Source of the DNA: Candidatus Pyrohabitans jungbluthii
GTDB lineage: Archaea > Hydrothermarchaeota > Hydrothermarchaeia > Hydrothermarchaeales > BMS3B
DNA length: 64,000 nt
NCBI GenBank assembly: GCA_002010065.2
Contig: MTMD02000002.1
Span: forward strand, 160,001-224,000
Direction of reading: 5' to 3'
The notes below the pieces were generated by a model. It made no database searches, was not told the origin of the DNA, and saw nothing but the letters and a program-made list of their open reading frames with translations. A program made the translations under genes and the position numbers. Shown here piece by piece: positions 1-9,575 of this stretch; the stretch's first letter is position 1, and every line of letters begins with the position of its first letter.

Positions 1-1
1 T

Positions 2-1030
2 GAAGAGCTTATTGAGAAAAAGGTGCCAGTTGTCATAATAGATCCGCATGGAGAGTACTCTGCCCTTCGCTACCCTAACGACAGTCCAAGAGAGCTATCT
101 TTGATGGAGCATTACGGAGTCACCCCCAAGGGTTATGATAGCGTGGTGGAGTACACCCCAAATCAGAGTATCAACCCTCAGGCTGATCGCAAGCTGAGCC
201 TTGACATTACCCGCTTTACCATAAATGACTTCATTGAAATGCTCCCCACGAAGATTACAGACTCTCAGAAGGGCATACTGTTTGAGGCTCTTAAGGTCGT
301 GGAGACCTACGGGAGTTACACCCTTGAGGATATTATACGGGTGATTCATGAGCATGAGAGCAAGGCGAAGTGGAATCTCATCACAAGCTTAGAGATGCTG
401 CGAGAGAGTAAGATCTTTGAAGGCACCCCTGTTAAGACCTCTGAGCTGGTGCGTAGGGGTGTTACCTCCATAATAAACCTCCGCGGAGTTCAGCCTGAGA
501 TTCAGGATATCGTTGTGTCTCGCATAGCTACTGAGATCTTCGAAGACAGAAAGCGGGGCAAGGTTCCACCCCTGCTCTTCCTGATAGAGGAGGCGCACAA
601 CTTCGCACCAGAGCGTGGCTTTGGTGCTAAGGCTTCCAACAAGATTATTAGAACAATAGCCAGCGAGGGTAGAAAGTTCGGAATGGGTCTGTGCGTAGTA
701 ACGCAGCGCCCGGCGAGAATCGATAAGAGCGTCCTCAGCCAGTGCAATACCCAGATTATACTCAAGGTCACCAATCCCAACGATTTAAAGGCGATAAGCC
801 AGAGCATCGAAGGCTTTACCTCAGATCTAGAAGAGGAGATAAAGCAGCTGGAGCCTGGAGAGGCTCTTGTTGTTGGCGATGTGGTGGAGCAGCCTATATT
901 TGTGGATGTGCGCGTCAAGCGCTCCCGGCATGGCGGGGCGAGCGTTGAGGTTGTGCGCGAGAGGCGTGGCAAACGGGTGAAAAAGACAGGCTTCGACTCC
1001 TTGCTAAGGCGAATTTTCTCTCGGTATTAG
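2..1030 (+). CDS. HerA/FtsK-superfamily ATPase (DUF87/HerA-like), 5'-truncated by window edge
   Basis: Frame is open from position 2. Motifs IIDPHGEY, Walker B-like FLIEEAHNF, SEGRKFG and TQRP; the Walker A motif would lie upstream of the window. Confidence 0.85.
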   Translation, partial: EELIEKKVPVVIIDPHGEYSALRYPNDSPRELSLMEHYGVTPKGYDSVVEYTPNQSINPQADRKLSLDITRFTINDFIEMLPTKITDSQKGILFEALKVVETYGSYTLEDIIRVIHEHESKAKWNLITSLEMLRESKIFEGTPVKTSELVRRGVTSIINLRGVQPEIQDIVVSRIATEIFEDRKRGKVPPLLFLIEEAHNFAPERGFGAKASNKIIRTIASEGRKFGMGLCVVTQRPARIDKSVLSQCNTQIILKVTNPNDLKAISQSIEGFTSDLEEEIKQLEPGEALVVGDVVEQPIFVDVRVKRSRHGGASVEVVRERRGKRVKKTGFDSLLRRIFSRY

Positions 1031-1034
1031 GGAA

Positions 1035-1802
1035 ATGGAAGTGAAGGTTGGTTGCTGCGGCTTTCCGGGAGGGATGAAGAAGTACTTCCAGGAGTTCAGC
1101 CTGGCTGAGATTCAGAAGACCTTCTATTCCCTACCGAAAATTGGCACAGCGGAGAGGTGGCGCAGCCAGGCTGGCGAAGACTTCGAGTTCACCCTCAAGG
1201 CGTGGCAGCTTATTACTCACCCGCCAAGCAGCCCGACCTACAGGAAGGCGGGAATTGAGGTTAAAGATAAGGAGAAGTACGGTTTCTTTAAAGCCACCGA
1301 CGAGGTGCTTTCAGCTTGGGAAAAAACAAGGGAGATAGCAGAAGCTCTGCGAGCGAGCGTAGTGGTATTTCAATGCCCTCCAAGCTTTACTCAAACCCAG
1401 GAAAACCTCTCAAACCTTAAAAACTTCTTTAGCAGTATAGAAAGGGGTAATCTAACCCTCGCGATAGAACTCCGCGCCCCATGGGATCGTGAACTTTTGG
1501 CTAATCTATGCGAAGAGTTTGAGCTGGTGCACTGCGTTGACCCTCTTCGCGAGGAGCCGGTGACATCAAAGCTAGCGTACTTCCGTCTGCATGGGAGCTA
1601 CCATCATGGAAGGATAAACTACAAACACAGGTATACTGATGAGGAGTTGAGAGGAGTGCTTGAAAAGGTACTTAGCTTTGAGGTTGCGTATGTGCTCTTC
1701 AACAATATCTACATGGGGGAGGATGCGAAACGGTTTATGGAGCTGTTAAGAGGGAGGGGATATCTGAAGAATACCCAGCAAATTTTTATTCCACAACCAT
1801 AA
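1035..1802 (+). CDS. DUF72 family protein
   Basis: VKVGCCGF, EIQKTFY, FTLKA, FQCPPSF, YFRLHG and VLFNN motifs. Confidence 0.85.
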   Translation: MEVKVGCCGFPGGMKKYFQEFSLAEIQKTFYSLPKIGTAERWRSQAGEDFEFTLKAWQLITHPPSSPTYRKAGIEVKDKEKYGFFKATDEVLSAWEKTREIAEALRASVVVFQCPPSFTQTQENLSNLKNFFSSIERGNLTLAIELRAPWDRELLANLCEEFELVHCVDPLREEPVTSKLAYFRLHGSYHHGRINYKHRYTDEELRGVLEKVLSFEVAYVLFNNIYMGEDAKRFMELLRGRGYLKNTQQIFIPQP

Positions 1803-1811
1803 GTAAGAGCC

Positions 1812-2246
1812 ATGAACAGATTCATTCTCCTTTGGATACTCATTGCCATGAGCGCCTGCGTGGGCTCTAGCTACTCTGGTGAGGTTTCAAAGGCGGAGGA
1901 GCTGATTTCCCAAGCTACCAACATGTGGGGAGATATAATCTCCAGCGACGACTATGCAAAGATTATCAAAACCTGCGATGTCAAGGCTGAGGTGGATGCA
2001 AAGGCGATGAAGCACCTCGAGAAGGCAGCGCAGCTTGCGAAGAGCGATGAAGAGAGGCTGTATGCCCAGTACCTTCTGAATTACGTGGAGAGCTCGGCAA
2101 AGGCTACGCAAAAGTACCGTGAGTACGCTGAGCTTATGCTCAACGGAGATGAAAACAGAGCCAATATCGCCGCACTTGAAGCAAACAGCTACCTAGAGGA
2201 GGCAATAGCCTGGAAGAAGCGCGCAGCCCAGCTCAAGCCTCAGTAG
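1812..2246 (+). CDS. hypothetical secreted lipoprotein
   Basis: Hydrophobic N-terminus ending in lipobox-like MSAC; helical mature region. Confidence 0.6.
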   Translation: MNRFILLWILIAMSACVGSSYSGEVSKAEELISQATNMWGDIISSDDYAKIIKTCDVKAEVDAKAMKHLEKAAQLAKSDEERLYAQYLLNYVESSAKATQKYREYAELMLNGDENRANIAALEANSYLEEAIAWKKRAAQLKPQ

Positions 2247-3478
2247 CCTGCCCTTATGTGGCGTAACGCCTCTTCGACGCCCGCGGCTATGCCATCGGTC
2301 TCCATCCATCCTTCTGGTTTAACAGCGTCGCCCACCAAGTAGAGGCCCTCTACGGGCGTCGCCGGTGAAAGGTGCGTACCGCTGGGTGCGCGGTTCACAG
2401 GCCATGAGTTGCGGTAAACCTGCACCGCCAGCACGCGGCAATACTTCTTAAACTCAGGGAATAGTCTGTGCAGGTCTTTTAAACCCAGCTCAATCTCCCG
2501 CTTTACGTCTGCGCCCTCGGCTAGGCGCTGGTGGGACATGAGCAGGTGTTCACCTTGAGGAGCCAGCGAGGGATCTGCATTGGTCACCTCGTTTATCCCA
2601 TTTATCCTCTCCGCCTCTGGGGTAAAGAGCACACCACTGTGCCCGAGCATCGCCTTTTTGCACGCGACACTTATCTTGATACCAGCCGCGCCTTTGATGC
2701 GCGACACAGCGCGGGCATACTCCCGGGGCAAAATCTCCTGCGCCAGTTCCGCTGTTATCTTAGGCCCTGCGTTGCTGACCACTATGTCATAGCTCCGCTT
2801 CTCCTTCGCCACCACCTCAAAGGCTCTGCCGTTCTGCTTTATCGCAATAACCTTCTGCTTCAGGTAAAGCTCTCCCCCCTCGCTCTGAAGCACCTCCACC
2901 AATGCTCGGGTTACGCCACCGCATCCCCCAACAGGTATGCCGGGACCTCCAAGCTTGTTGATGTTTTTGGTCTGAGCGATTACCTCCTTCGCAGGCACCT
3001 CACTCGCCTTCAAGCTGAGACTCCAGCCTGTGAAGGAATCGGCTATCTTAAACACAAGCTCATTCTTAATCTGCTTTTCGAGCCACGAACGATAGCTCTC
3101 GTCGCTGGTAGCTTTGCCCAGCTTGAGCATCGCTATAATTTTAGTTATCTTGAGCTTGTCGCGCAGGGAGAAGAGCGAGGGCAACTCCTCGTACTCATAA
3201 TCCTTACCAGCGATGCGGAACATAGCTTGAGGCTGTGAGGGGATTATCTCCACGCCTGCGCCAAGCTGGCGAAGCATCCTGCCAAGAGGACCGCGTTCCC
3301 GATGAGGAATCATGTGCAGCGCTCCCGTGGAGAGCTGATAGCCCCTGTAATCTAAATTCGTAAAGCGCCCGCCCGCGTAGGGAAGCTTCTCGTAGACCTC
3401 TACCTCGAAGCCTTCCTTAGCGAGGTTTGCCGCCGCCAGCAAGCCGCCCAAGCCGGCACCTATAACACATGCACGCAA
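2240..3478 (-). CDS. FAD-dependent oxidoreductase, phytoene desaturase-like
   Basis: VIGAGLGG...YEK...GGR dinucleotide-binding motif, LSTGALHMIPH, C-terminal GLYLVGD. TTG start at 3478 follows GGAGGG, just after the ferredoxin stop. Confidence 0.8.
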   Translation of the reverse strand: MRACVIGAGLGGLLAAANLAKEGFEVEVYEKLPYAGGRFTNLDYRGYQLSTGALHMIPHRERGPLGRMLRQLGAGVEIIPSQPQAMFRIAGKDYEYEELPSLFSLRDKLKITKIIAMLKLGKATSDESYRSWLEKQIKNELVFKIADSFTGWSLSLKASEVPAKEVIAQTKNINKLGGPGIPVGGCGGVTRALVEVLQSEGGELYLKQKVIAIKQNGRAFEVVAKEKRSYDIVVSNAGPKITAELAQEILPREYARAVSRIKGAAGIKISVACKKAMLGHSGVLFTPEAERINGINEVTNADPSLAPQGEHLLMSHQRLAEGADVKREIELGLKDLHRLFPEFKKYCRVLAVQVYRNSWPVNRAPSGTHLSPATPVEGLYLVGDAVKPEGWMETDGIAAGVEEALRHIRAGY

Positions 3479-3480
3479 GC

Positions 3481-3645
3481 TCAGCCCTCCTCTATGGCAT
3501 CGTTTGGGCAGTAGGCCACGCAGAGCCCGCAGTTCTTGCACCTCTCGCGGTCTATCTCTGCAACGCCATAAACGGTAATAGCCTCATTCGGGCAGAAGGG
3601 CATGCATGCAGCGCAGCCTACGCATCGCTCCTCGCGCACAAGCAT
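3481..3645 (-). CDS. 2[4Fe-4S] ferredoxin
   Basis: CVGCAACMPFCP and CKNCGLCVAYCP; 54 aa from the ATG at 3645. Confidence 0.9.
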   Translation of the reverse strand: MLVREERCVGCAACMPFCPNEAITVYGVAEIDRERCKNCGLCVAYCPNDAIEEG

Positions 3646-3763
3646 GCTCCAGCTTCTCCCGTGGCGGGATAAATATTTTTGGGTTACCTGCATTTTCGAG
3701 TGGGGCAGGCACAGCAACCTTTTCATTAGTTATCCATTAAATATCAATTACAGGTAATGGAAA

Positions 3764-3955
3764 ATGAAGAAAAACTACGTTACCATAAGCATACCCCGCG
3801 AGCTTTATGAGAAAGTGGCTGAGATGATTAAGGATACCGGCTTCCGCTCGCCCACGGAGTTCATAATATTTACCCTGCGCTTATTGCTCATGGAGCGCAG
3901 TGAGCGCAAGGTGATTGAAGGACTGCGCGCTCTGGGGTACTTAAAGGAGGAATAG
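3764..3955 (+). CDS. ribbon-helix-helix (CopG-like) protein with C-terminal LRALGY motif
   Basis: YVTISIPRELYEKV...GFRSPTEFI RHH pattern; TATA-like TTAAATA at 3737. Confidence 0.8.
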   Translation: MKKNYVTISIPRELYEKVAEMIKDTGFRSPTEFIIFTLRLLLMERSERKVIEGLRALGYLKEE

Positions 3956-3957
3956 CT

Positions 3958-4719
3958 ATGCTCATAATAGGCGTTGACTCCGCTACGTGGGATGTTATCC
4001 TGCCTAACATAGACAGGCTGCCGAATTTTAAGAGGCTTATGGAGGAGGGCGAATATTCGACTATTCACCTCAACCAGAAGCCCTGGTCTCCTGAGGTGTG
4101 GTGCTCCATGTTCACTGGGCTAACGCCGGAGGAGCACGGGCACCACGATTTTGTCGTCGATGGCGAGATTGTGCGCAGAGAGGATATTAAGGCGGAGTTT
4201 ATATGGGACCTGCTTGACAGAGCCGGGGTAAGTGTGAAGGCGCTCAACGTACCCTTCATTGTGCCGCCGTACAACTTCAATGTGGACTTCACGCCAGTGG
4301 CGGGAGGCGTGCCCGTAGAGGTGGACGAACTCCTAGAGGAGATTGAAAAGGTTACGGAAAAAGCGCTTGAAGTTCTTCGCAACGATAAGCCTGAGGTTTT
4401 CATTGTCGCTTACACAGCGCTGGACAAGCTTTCCCATCTCCACTGGGGCGAGCCAGTGCTGGTGGACTTCTATGAGAAGGTGGACGAGGCGATAGGCAAG
4501 CTTCTGCCCTATGACGATGAGGTTCTGGTTATCTCTGACCACGGCTTCTGCGACTACGATGCCGCGCCCATACGCACTCTTCCCAGAAGAACGCCCAAGG
4601 GGGAGATCAAGGGGGACCACCATCCGGATGCGATTCTGATAAAGAAGAACATACCCTGCGATATTACCCAGCCTATAGACGTTTTCCGCTGCATTAAAGC
4701 GCGCTACCTAGGTGATTGA
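3958..4719 (+). CDS. alkaline phosphatase superfamily (nucleotide pyrophosphatase/phosphodiesterase-like) protein
   Basis: IIGVDSA, WSPEVWCSMFTG, DKLSH and ISDHGF metal/nucleophile motifs. Confidence 0.8.
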   Translation: MLIIGVDSATWDVILPNIDRLPNFKRLMEEGEYSTIHLNQKPWSPEVWCSMFTGLTPEEHGHHDFVVDGEIVRREDIKAEFIWDLLDRAGVSVKALNVPFIVPPYNFNVDFTPVAGGVPVEVDELLEEIEKVTEKALEVLRNDKPEVFIVAYTALDKLSHLHWGEPVLVDFYEKVDEAIGKLLPYDDEVLVISDHGFCDYDAAPIRTLPRRTPKGEIKGDHHPDAILIKKNIPCDITQPIDVFRCIKARYLGD

Positions 4720-5529
4720 ATGGACGAGGAGATAATGGCGCTGCCAATAGAGAAGAAGATAGAGAAGAGCAAAGCGGTGATAGCCGAGGCTATAGAGCGC
4801 TATGGCGATAAGCTGGTCGCGGCGTTTACGGGAGGCAAGGACTCTACGCTAATGCTGTGGCTGACCAAGCAGGTTTGCGAGGAGCAGGGGTACGAGATGC
4901 CAGAGTGTATGTTCATAAATGAGGGCAGCGTTTTTGAAGAGGTGCTCGACTACGTGGAGAGGATGCGCAGAGAGTGGGGCTTAGTTATTCACGAGGTTAA
5001 GAACGAAGACGTGCTCAACCAGGTCACCAAGGTGGGCGATATTGTTTACGTGGCAAAGCTCAATGAGCGCAACCGCAAGGAGCTTGAAAAGATAGGCTTT
5101 CGTGGCGAAAGCTTTGTTTTCAACCCTGAAAGCTTCGAGGGCAACCATCTGATGAAGACCGTGGCGATGAACATGTTCATAGAGGAGCGGGGCATACAAG
5201 CGGTTATGACGGGCATTCGCTGGGATGAGCAGGAGGCGAGAAGGGACGAGGTGTACTTCTCACCTCGTAACGATCCTCCACACATGCGAGTGCACCCGAT
5301 ACTCCACTTCCGCGAGCGCGAGGTGTGGCAGGTGCTTCGAAGTAACCGCGTACCTGTGAATGAGCTCTATGCAAAGGGATACCGCAGTCTCGGAGCGAAA
5401 GCGACGACGCAGCCGGTGAGCGATAAGCCTGCGTGGGAGCAGGATTTCGACTCCATACCTGAGCGCGCTGGGAGAGCTCAAGACAAAGAGGGGATAATGA
5501 AACGCCTGCGAGATTTGGGGTACATGTAG
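4720..5529 (+). CDS. PAPS reductase-family / CysD-like (sulfate adenylyltransferase subunit 2-like) protein
   Basis: PP-loop FTGGKDS, TGIRWDE, RVHPIL, LYAKGYRSLG, ERAGR. Ends RLRDLGYM with no ECGLH motif. Confidence 0.8.
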   Translation: MDEEIMALPIEKKIEKSKAVIAEAIERYGDKLVAAFTGGKDSTLMLWLTKQVCEEQGYEMPECMFINEGSVFEEVLDYVERMRREWGLVIHEVKNEDVLNQVTKVGDIVYVAKLNERNRKELEKIGFRGESFVFNPESFEGNHLMKTVAMNMFIEERGIQAVMTGIRWDEQEARRDEVYFSPRNDPPHMRVHPILHFREREVWQVLRSNRVPVNELYAKGYRSLGAKATTQPVSDKPAWEQDFDSIPERAGRAQDKEGIMKRLRDLGYM

Positions 5530-5598
5530 GAATTACTTCTCAGAGCTAAAAATCGGAAGTCTTATATTGCGCCATACCAAGTTTATGGGGAGGAGGTA

Positions 5599-6570
5599 GT
5601 GGTTATTTTAAAGCTCGGCAATGGCATCGAGATCACCATAGGCGGCGAGAAGCTATACCTGGACCCGAGGCGTGCAGAAGGTACGAGCTTTATCTCCCAC
5701 GCCCATGCCGACCACTCTCCGCGAAGCGTCGAGGGGGAGGTTCTCCTTTCCTCAGCTACAGCCAAGCTTATGCGCAAGCGCGTCGAAGGCAAGAACCTTG
5801 AGATGGGAAAAGCCTACGAAATGCGCGACTTTACCCTTCGCGTCGTGGCGTCTGGGCACATCCTTGGCGCGAGTCAGCTTGTGATGGAAAACGGTTTTAA
5901 GGTTGTATATACCGGCGATTTGCACCTTGAGGGTGGTGCCACATGCGGCGCTGCCAAGGTGGAGCGCTGTGACATTTTAATAATCGAGTCCACCTTCGGT
6001 AGCCCCCATTATGAGTTTCCTCCCCGCGAGGAGGTGATTGCAGAACTCAAGGACTGGGTGGAGGCGCAGCATTCCCGCGGCAGGCTTCCGGTAGTGCTGG
6101 GCTATTCCTTGGGCAAGGCTCAGGAGCTGACATATTACCTGTCGAGGGATTTCTCGGTTGAGGTTCACCCCACAATTTATGAGAACAACCGCAAATATGA
6201 AGCTCTGGGCGTAGCCCTTGGTGAGTATCGCCTGTTTTCCAGCGAAAGCCGCGAGGACAAGGTGGTGATCTTCCCTCCAGCGGCACGCAAGGCAAAGATT
6301 CTGGAAAAGCTCAATTGCAGCTTCGCCTTCATGAGCGGGTGGGCTGTCCACGACGCTACCCGCTTTAGGCTTAGGGTGGACGAGGCGCTGCCGCTGAGCG
6401 ACCACAGCGATTTTTATTCTCTGCTGCGCTACGTAGAGAAGGCTTCGCCCCAGGTGGTTTACACGGTGCACGGCTTCGCCAGCGAGTTCGCAGAGGAGCT
6501 TCGAGCTAGAGGATTTTACGCCGAGGCGCTCGAGGAAAAGAAGCTACGTACGTTGGAGGAGTACCTTTAG
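5599..6570 (+). CDS. metallo-beta-lactamase fold exonuclease (beta-CASP-like)
   Basis: ISHAHADH, SGHILGA, YTGD, IESTFG, YSLGKAQE, LSDHSD and YTVHG motifs. Confidence 0.85.
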   Translation: MVILKLGNGIEITIGGEKLYLDPRRAEGTSFISHAHADHSPRSVEGEVLLSSATAKLMRKRVEGKNLEMGKAYEMRDFTLRVVASGHILGASQLVMENGFKVVYTGDLHLEGGATCGAAKVERCDILIIESTFGSPHYEFPPREEVIAELKDWVEAQHSRGRLPVVLGYSLGKAQELTYYLSRDFSVEVHPTIYENNRKYEALGVALGEYRLFSSESREDKVVIFPPAARKAKILEKLNCSFAFMSGWAVHDATRFRLRVDEALPLSDHSDFYSLLRYVEKASPQVVYTVHGFASEFAEELRARGFYAEALEEKKLRTLEEYL

Positions 6571-7095
6571 CTACAGCTCATAAAGCTCGCGATTTATCCT
6601 GGGCAGCATCGCCATGAGCACTGCCTGCTTCGTAAGCTCCTTTCTGCTCAGCTTCCCTTTGCTCAAGAAGCCTATGGCGCCGCCCTTCCTGCCTATGTTC
6701 CTGATCCCACTCAGCTCCTCCATAACCTCCCCCACCTCTCTTCCGCGAAGCACCTGGCGGATAACACTGGGCGGGTACTCAAAGCCAGAGCCAGCGCCGA
6801 GGGTAATAACCTCCCCATCGCTAATTGCGCAGAACTGCACATCCATATAACCTGTGATCGCGAAGGGTACCTCCACCAACCCTGCCTCAATTCCTACGCC
6901 AAGCTCCCCATGCTTAAGTGCAGCCCTAGCACGGTTCACTGCACCACGCACCGTCTCTTCCATACCAAGAGGCTGAGCGCTAACCTTTGAGCTCACCTCA
7001 ACCCCAAAAACCTCAATCTCAGGGTAAAACTCCCTCAGCACTTCCTCCACCGCTCTTACCTTCACCGGATTAGTTGAACCCACAGCTACGCGCAT
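6571..7095 (-). CDS. yjjX: inosine/xanthosine triphosphatase (YjjX family)
   Basis: [20 protein letters not shown] and GAIGFLS motifs. Confidence 0.9.
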   Translation of the reverse strand: MRVAVGSTNPVKVRAVEEVLREFYPEIEVFGVEVSSKVSAQPLGMEETVRGAVNRARAALKHGELGVGIEAGLVEVPFAITGYMDVQFCAISDGEVITLGAGSGFEYPPSVIRQVLRGREVGEVMEELSGIRNIGRKGGAIGFLSKGKLSRKELTKQAVLMAMLPRINRELYEL

Positions 7096-7541
7096 AGCAG
7101 CACTCCCTCGCGGTCTATCTCTCCTCGCCTGATTCGCCGCGAAGATATGGGCTTACCGTCCTGGGCGAGGAGGAGTGGCACCAGGATTATCTCCAGCTCT
7201 CTTAGCCCGCGCTGGCGTCGGCGCTGGTTAATCTCCTCCGCTCTGGCAAGGGTTTCCTCAGTCACCACAATAGCCTCGAGCTCCGCGTCGCTCACCGCGG
7301 GTCCATAGTAATCGTCGAGCCTCACTATCTCCGCCCGCTCGGCAAAGCCCTCCTCCATGAGAAAGCGCTGTAGCTCCGCCAGCCTCTTCTCGTAGCTCTC
7401 TGCCCCCTTTGGCTTGGCAATCGCATCGCTGGTTAGCCCAATGAGCACCCTTTCGCCCGAGGTAAAGGCAACCCTGAGAAGCTCTCTATGGCCAGCGTGC
7501 AACCTGTCGAAGGTTCCACCCACCGCCACTTTCCTGAACAT
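7086..7541 (-). CDS. coaD: phosphopantetheine adenylyltransferase (archaeal type)
   Basis: [27 protein letters not shown]. Confidence 0.9.
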   Translation of the reverse strand: MFRKVAVGGTFDRLHAGHRELLRVAFTSGERVLIGLTSDAIAKPKGAESYEKRLAELQRFLMEEGFAERAEIVRLDDYYGPAVSDAELEAIVVTEETLARAEEINQRRRQRGLRELEIILVPLLLAQDGKPISSRRIRRGEIDREGVLLCA

Positions 7542-7583
7542 CGCTTAAACTCTTGCGGTGGGATTAATAACTTTATTGCTTCG

Positions 7584-7614
7584 AAAAAAAGAGGTCAGCG
7601 CGGGATGCGCTGAC
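7584..7614 (-). terminator. hairpin plus U-tract terminator of the cytochrome b-like gene
   Basis: GTCAGCGC-GGGAT-GCGCTGAC (7594-7614), followed on the minus strand by CTCTTTTTTT. Confidence 0.65.
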
Positions 7615-8864
7615 TAATGGAAGATGTGGGGGATTATTTCACCTGCCGCCGCCCAGTAGGATATCGCTAGCATGAAGAAAGCCCCCGCATAGTATAGCAG
7701 CTCGCCCGCGCGCGCCTTCTTATCGCCGCGTAGTGGAAGCCGCTCCACCACGTAGGGGAATATCAGCAGCGGGAGAAAAGCCAGCACTGGCATGACCACC
7801 ATGGTTGTGGCACCGAACAGGTTTTCCCCGGTGACCAGGAAGTATATTGGCCATGGCGGCTTGGTTACCTCTATCCCTGCGACAGTATGCTCTCCTTCTA
7901 ACCCCTGAATAAAGGGTGCCTCCATGAAAAGGCTCTGCATCACCAGGAAGACTGTGAGCACCGCTGAATAGACGACAGCCTTCTTCCAGCGCCTCTGCAC
8001 CTGAAGGTAAACCTTCCTCATGAGCACGTGGGGTGCGGTTAACAGGAGAATTGCAAAGGTTGTCAAGCCTATGTGGAAGGCGGTAAGCTTCATCACTGCA
8101 AGGTCGCCGGAGAAGAAGTTTGACACGTAGCTGCCCAGAGGCACCAGGCTGAAGGCGTACATCATGTGTTCAAAGCCCTCAAGGGACTCCTGGTCAGCTC
8201 TCATGAAGGTCCCGGCAAGGAAGCTCAGCCAGCTGATAATCAGAAGCAGTGCGCCTGTAACCCAGATTATCTTGCGCTTACCTAAGTAGGTTCTCGTGGA
8301 AATAGCGCGCGCAGAGTGCAGCATCATCAGGAACAAAAAGAGCTCGCTGGACCAGTTGTGGAGGTTTCTGAAGAAGGCAAGCGTTGCGTCTTGGGTAATA
8401 GCTTCAACGCTGTGGTACGCTTCCGTGGGCAGAGGCTTGTAGAAGAAGGTTATTATTATCCCCGAAGGGATTACTAGGCCAAGGAAGATAATGGCGGTGA
8501 CAGTACCGAGAGTGTACCAGTCTATCGCAGATTTGAGCTTCTCGCTTACCCCTTTTACCCTCGCAAAGGACAGGTAAACCAGGGCAAAGAGCAGCGCGAA
8601 TATGACGAACCTTATCTTGTCCACCTTTGCCTTTGCGTAGGCCTCCTCCATTACCCTTTCCATGTACTCCTCCAGTTCATGTTCATCCACCTCCTCACCA
8701 GGCTCCAAGCCTATATACCCTATTCTGGGTTCCCCGTGACCATGTTCTTCAACATCACCCTCCTCATGATGTTCCTCACCCTCCTCATGCGCCCCAGTTG
8801 CGTAGGCTGCAGGCAGGGCGAGGAGTACCATAATAGCCAGCAGGACCACTACTACCTTTCTCAT
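7614..8864 (-). CDS. cytochrome b/b6-like membrane protein with signal peptide and His/Glu-rich N-terminal segment
   Basis: Heme-ligand-like His in RNLHNW, MLHSAR, AFHIG and APHVL; WVTG; KPPWP at the PEWY-equivalent position; multiple TM helices. Confidence 0.75.
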   Translation of the reverse strand: MRKVVVVLLAIMVLLALPAAYATGAHEEGEEHHEEGDVEEHGHGEPRIGYIGLEPGEEVDEHELEEYMERVMEEAYAKAKVDKIRFVIFALLFALVYLSFARVKGVSEKLKSAIDWYTLGTVTAIIFLGLVIPSGIIITFFYKPLPTEAYHSVEAITQDATLAFFRNLHNWSSELFLFLMMLHSARAISTRTYLGKRKIIWVTGALLLIISWLSFLAGTFMRADQESLEGFEHMMYAFSLVPLGSYVSNFFSGDLAVMKLTAFHIGLTTFAILLLTAPHVLMRKVYLQVQRRWKKAVVYSAVLTVFLVMQSLFMEAPFIQGLEGEHTVAGIEVTKPPWPIYFLVTGENLFGATTMVVMPVLAFLPLLIFPYVVERLPLRGDKKARAGELLYYAGAFFMLAISYWAAAGEIIPHIFH

Positions 8865-8980
8865 CCATCGACCTCCTTTCTGACTCTGTTAATGATACGT
8901 AGATGTTAATATAATGTTACCTTAATGAAGCAATATTGTTATATATTGGCTACGCCAGATACACTCTGAGGTGTTAGAAG

Positions 8981-9289
8981 ATGGATGTGGACGGCCTGCT
9001 AATTTCTCTCACTGTCCTTGTTTCCCTCAGCTTTCTGGCGGCAGTTTACTTTTCCGTCAAGCTCTCCAGAGAAACAAGGTATGAGCGCTACTGGCTTGCT
9101 CTCGCACTGGCTGCCTTTCTGCTGGCGATCCACCACTGGTTGGCGCTACCCTGGGAGTTTCACCTGATTTCAGAGAGTCTCCTGCACAATCTTGAGCAGT
9201 TCACCGCTCTTTTCGGTGCTTCTCTCTTCGCCTACGCTGTGTACGGGCTTTATTCTTCAATGAAAAGAATAAGGGAAAAGCTGGAGTAA
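8981..9289 (+). CDS. small 3-TM membrane protein, unknown function
   Basis: Three hydrophobic helices; GAGGTG RBS; stop is 1 nt before the next gene. Confidence 0.7.
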   Translation: MDVDGLLISLTVLVSLSFLAAVYFSVKLSRETRYERYWLALALAAFLLAIHHWLALPWEFHLISESLLHNLEQFTALFGASLFAYAVYGLYSSMKRIREKLE

Positions 9290-9290
9290 A

Positions 9291-9575
9291 ATGCTGCCAA
9301 AGTCGGTGCTCTTCTACTGGAGCAAAGGAGCAGAGACGAGGAGGAAGATACTGAAGATAATCCACACCAGGGGGGAGAAGGGTGAGCCCAGCTTTCTTAA
9401 TGTTATCGCCAGCGAGCTTGGCATAACCCATGCGGCGGCGAAGAAACACCTCGACCTCTTAGTGGAGGAGGGCTACATAGAGCAGATAAACCCCGGCGGA
9501 AAGCCAGTCTATCTCAGGCTGACGGAGAAAGGAAAAGAGGTGGTAGAGGAGTTCTTGGGCGAGGCAGATCGCTAA
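9291..9575 (+). CDS. winged helix-turn-helix transcriptional regulator (ArsR-like)
   Basis: TRRKILKII...IASELGITHAAAKKHLDLLVEEGYI...YLRLTEKG. Confidence 0.85.
   Translation: MLPKSVLFYWSKGAETRRKILKIIHTRGEKGEPSFLNVIASELGITHAAAKKHLDLLVEEGYIEQINPGGKPVYLRLTEKGKEVVEEFLGEADR

Noticed and set aside
2-1802. HerA-like ATPase plus DUF72 as an anti-phage defence pair
   Set aside because: Host-like composition, no recognisable nuclease or Sir2 partner in view, and the upstream context is outside the window.
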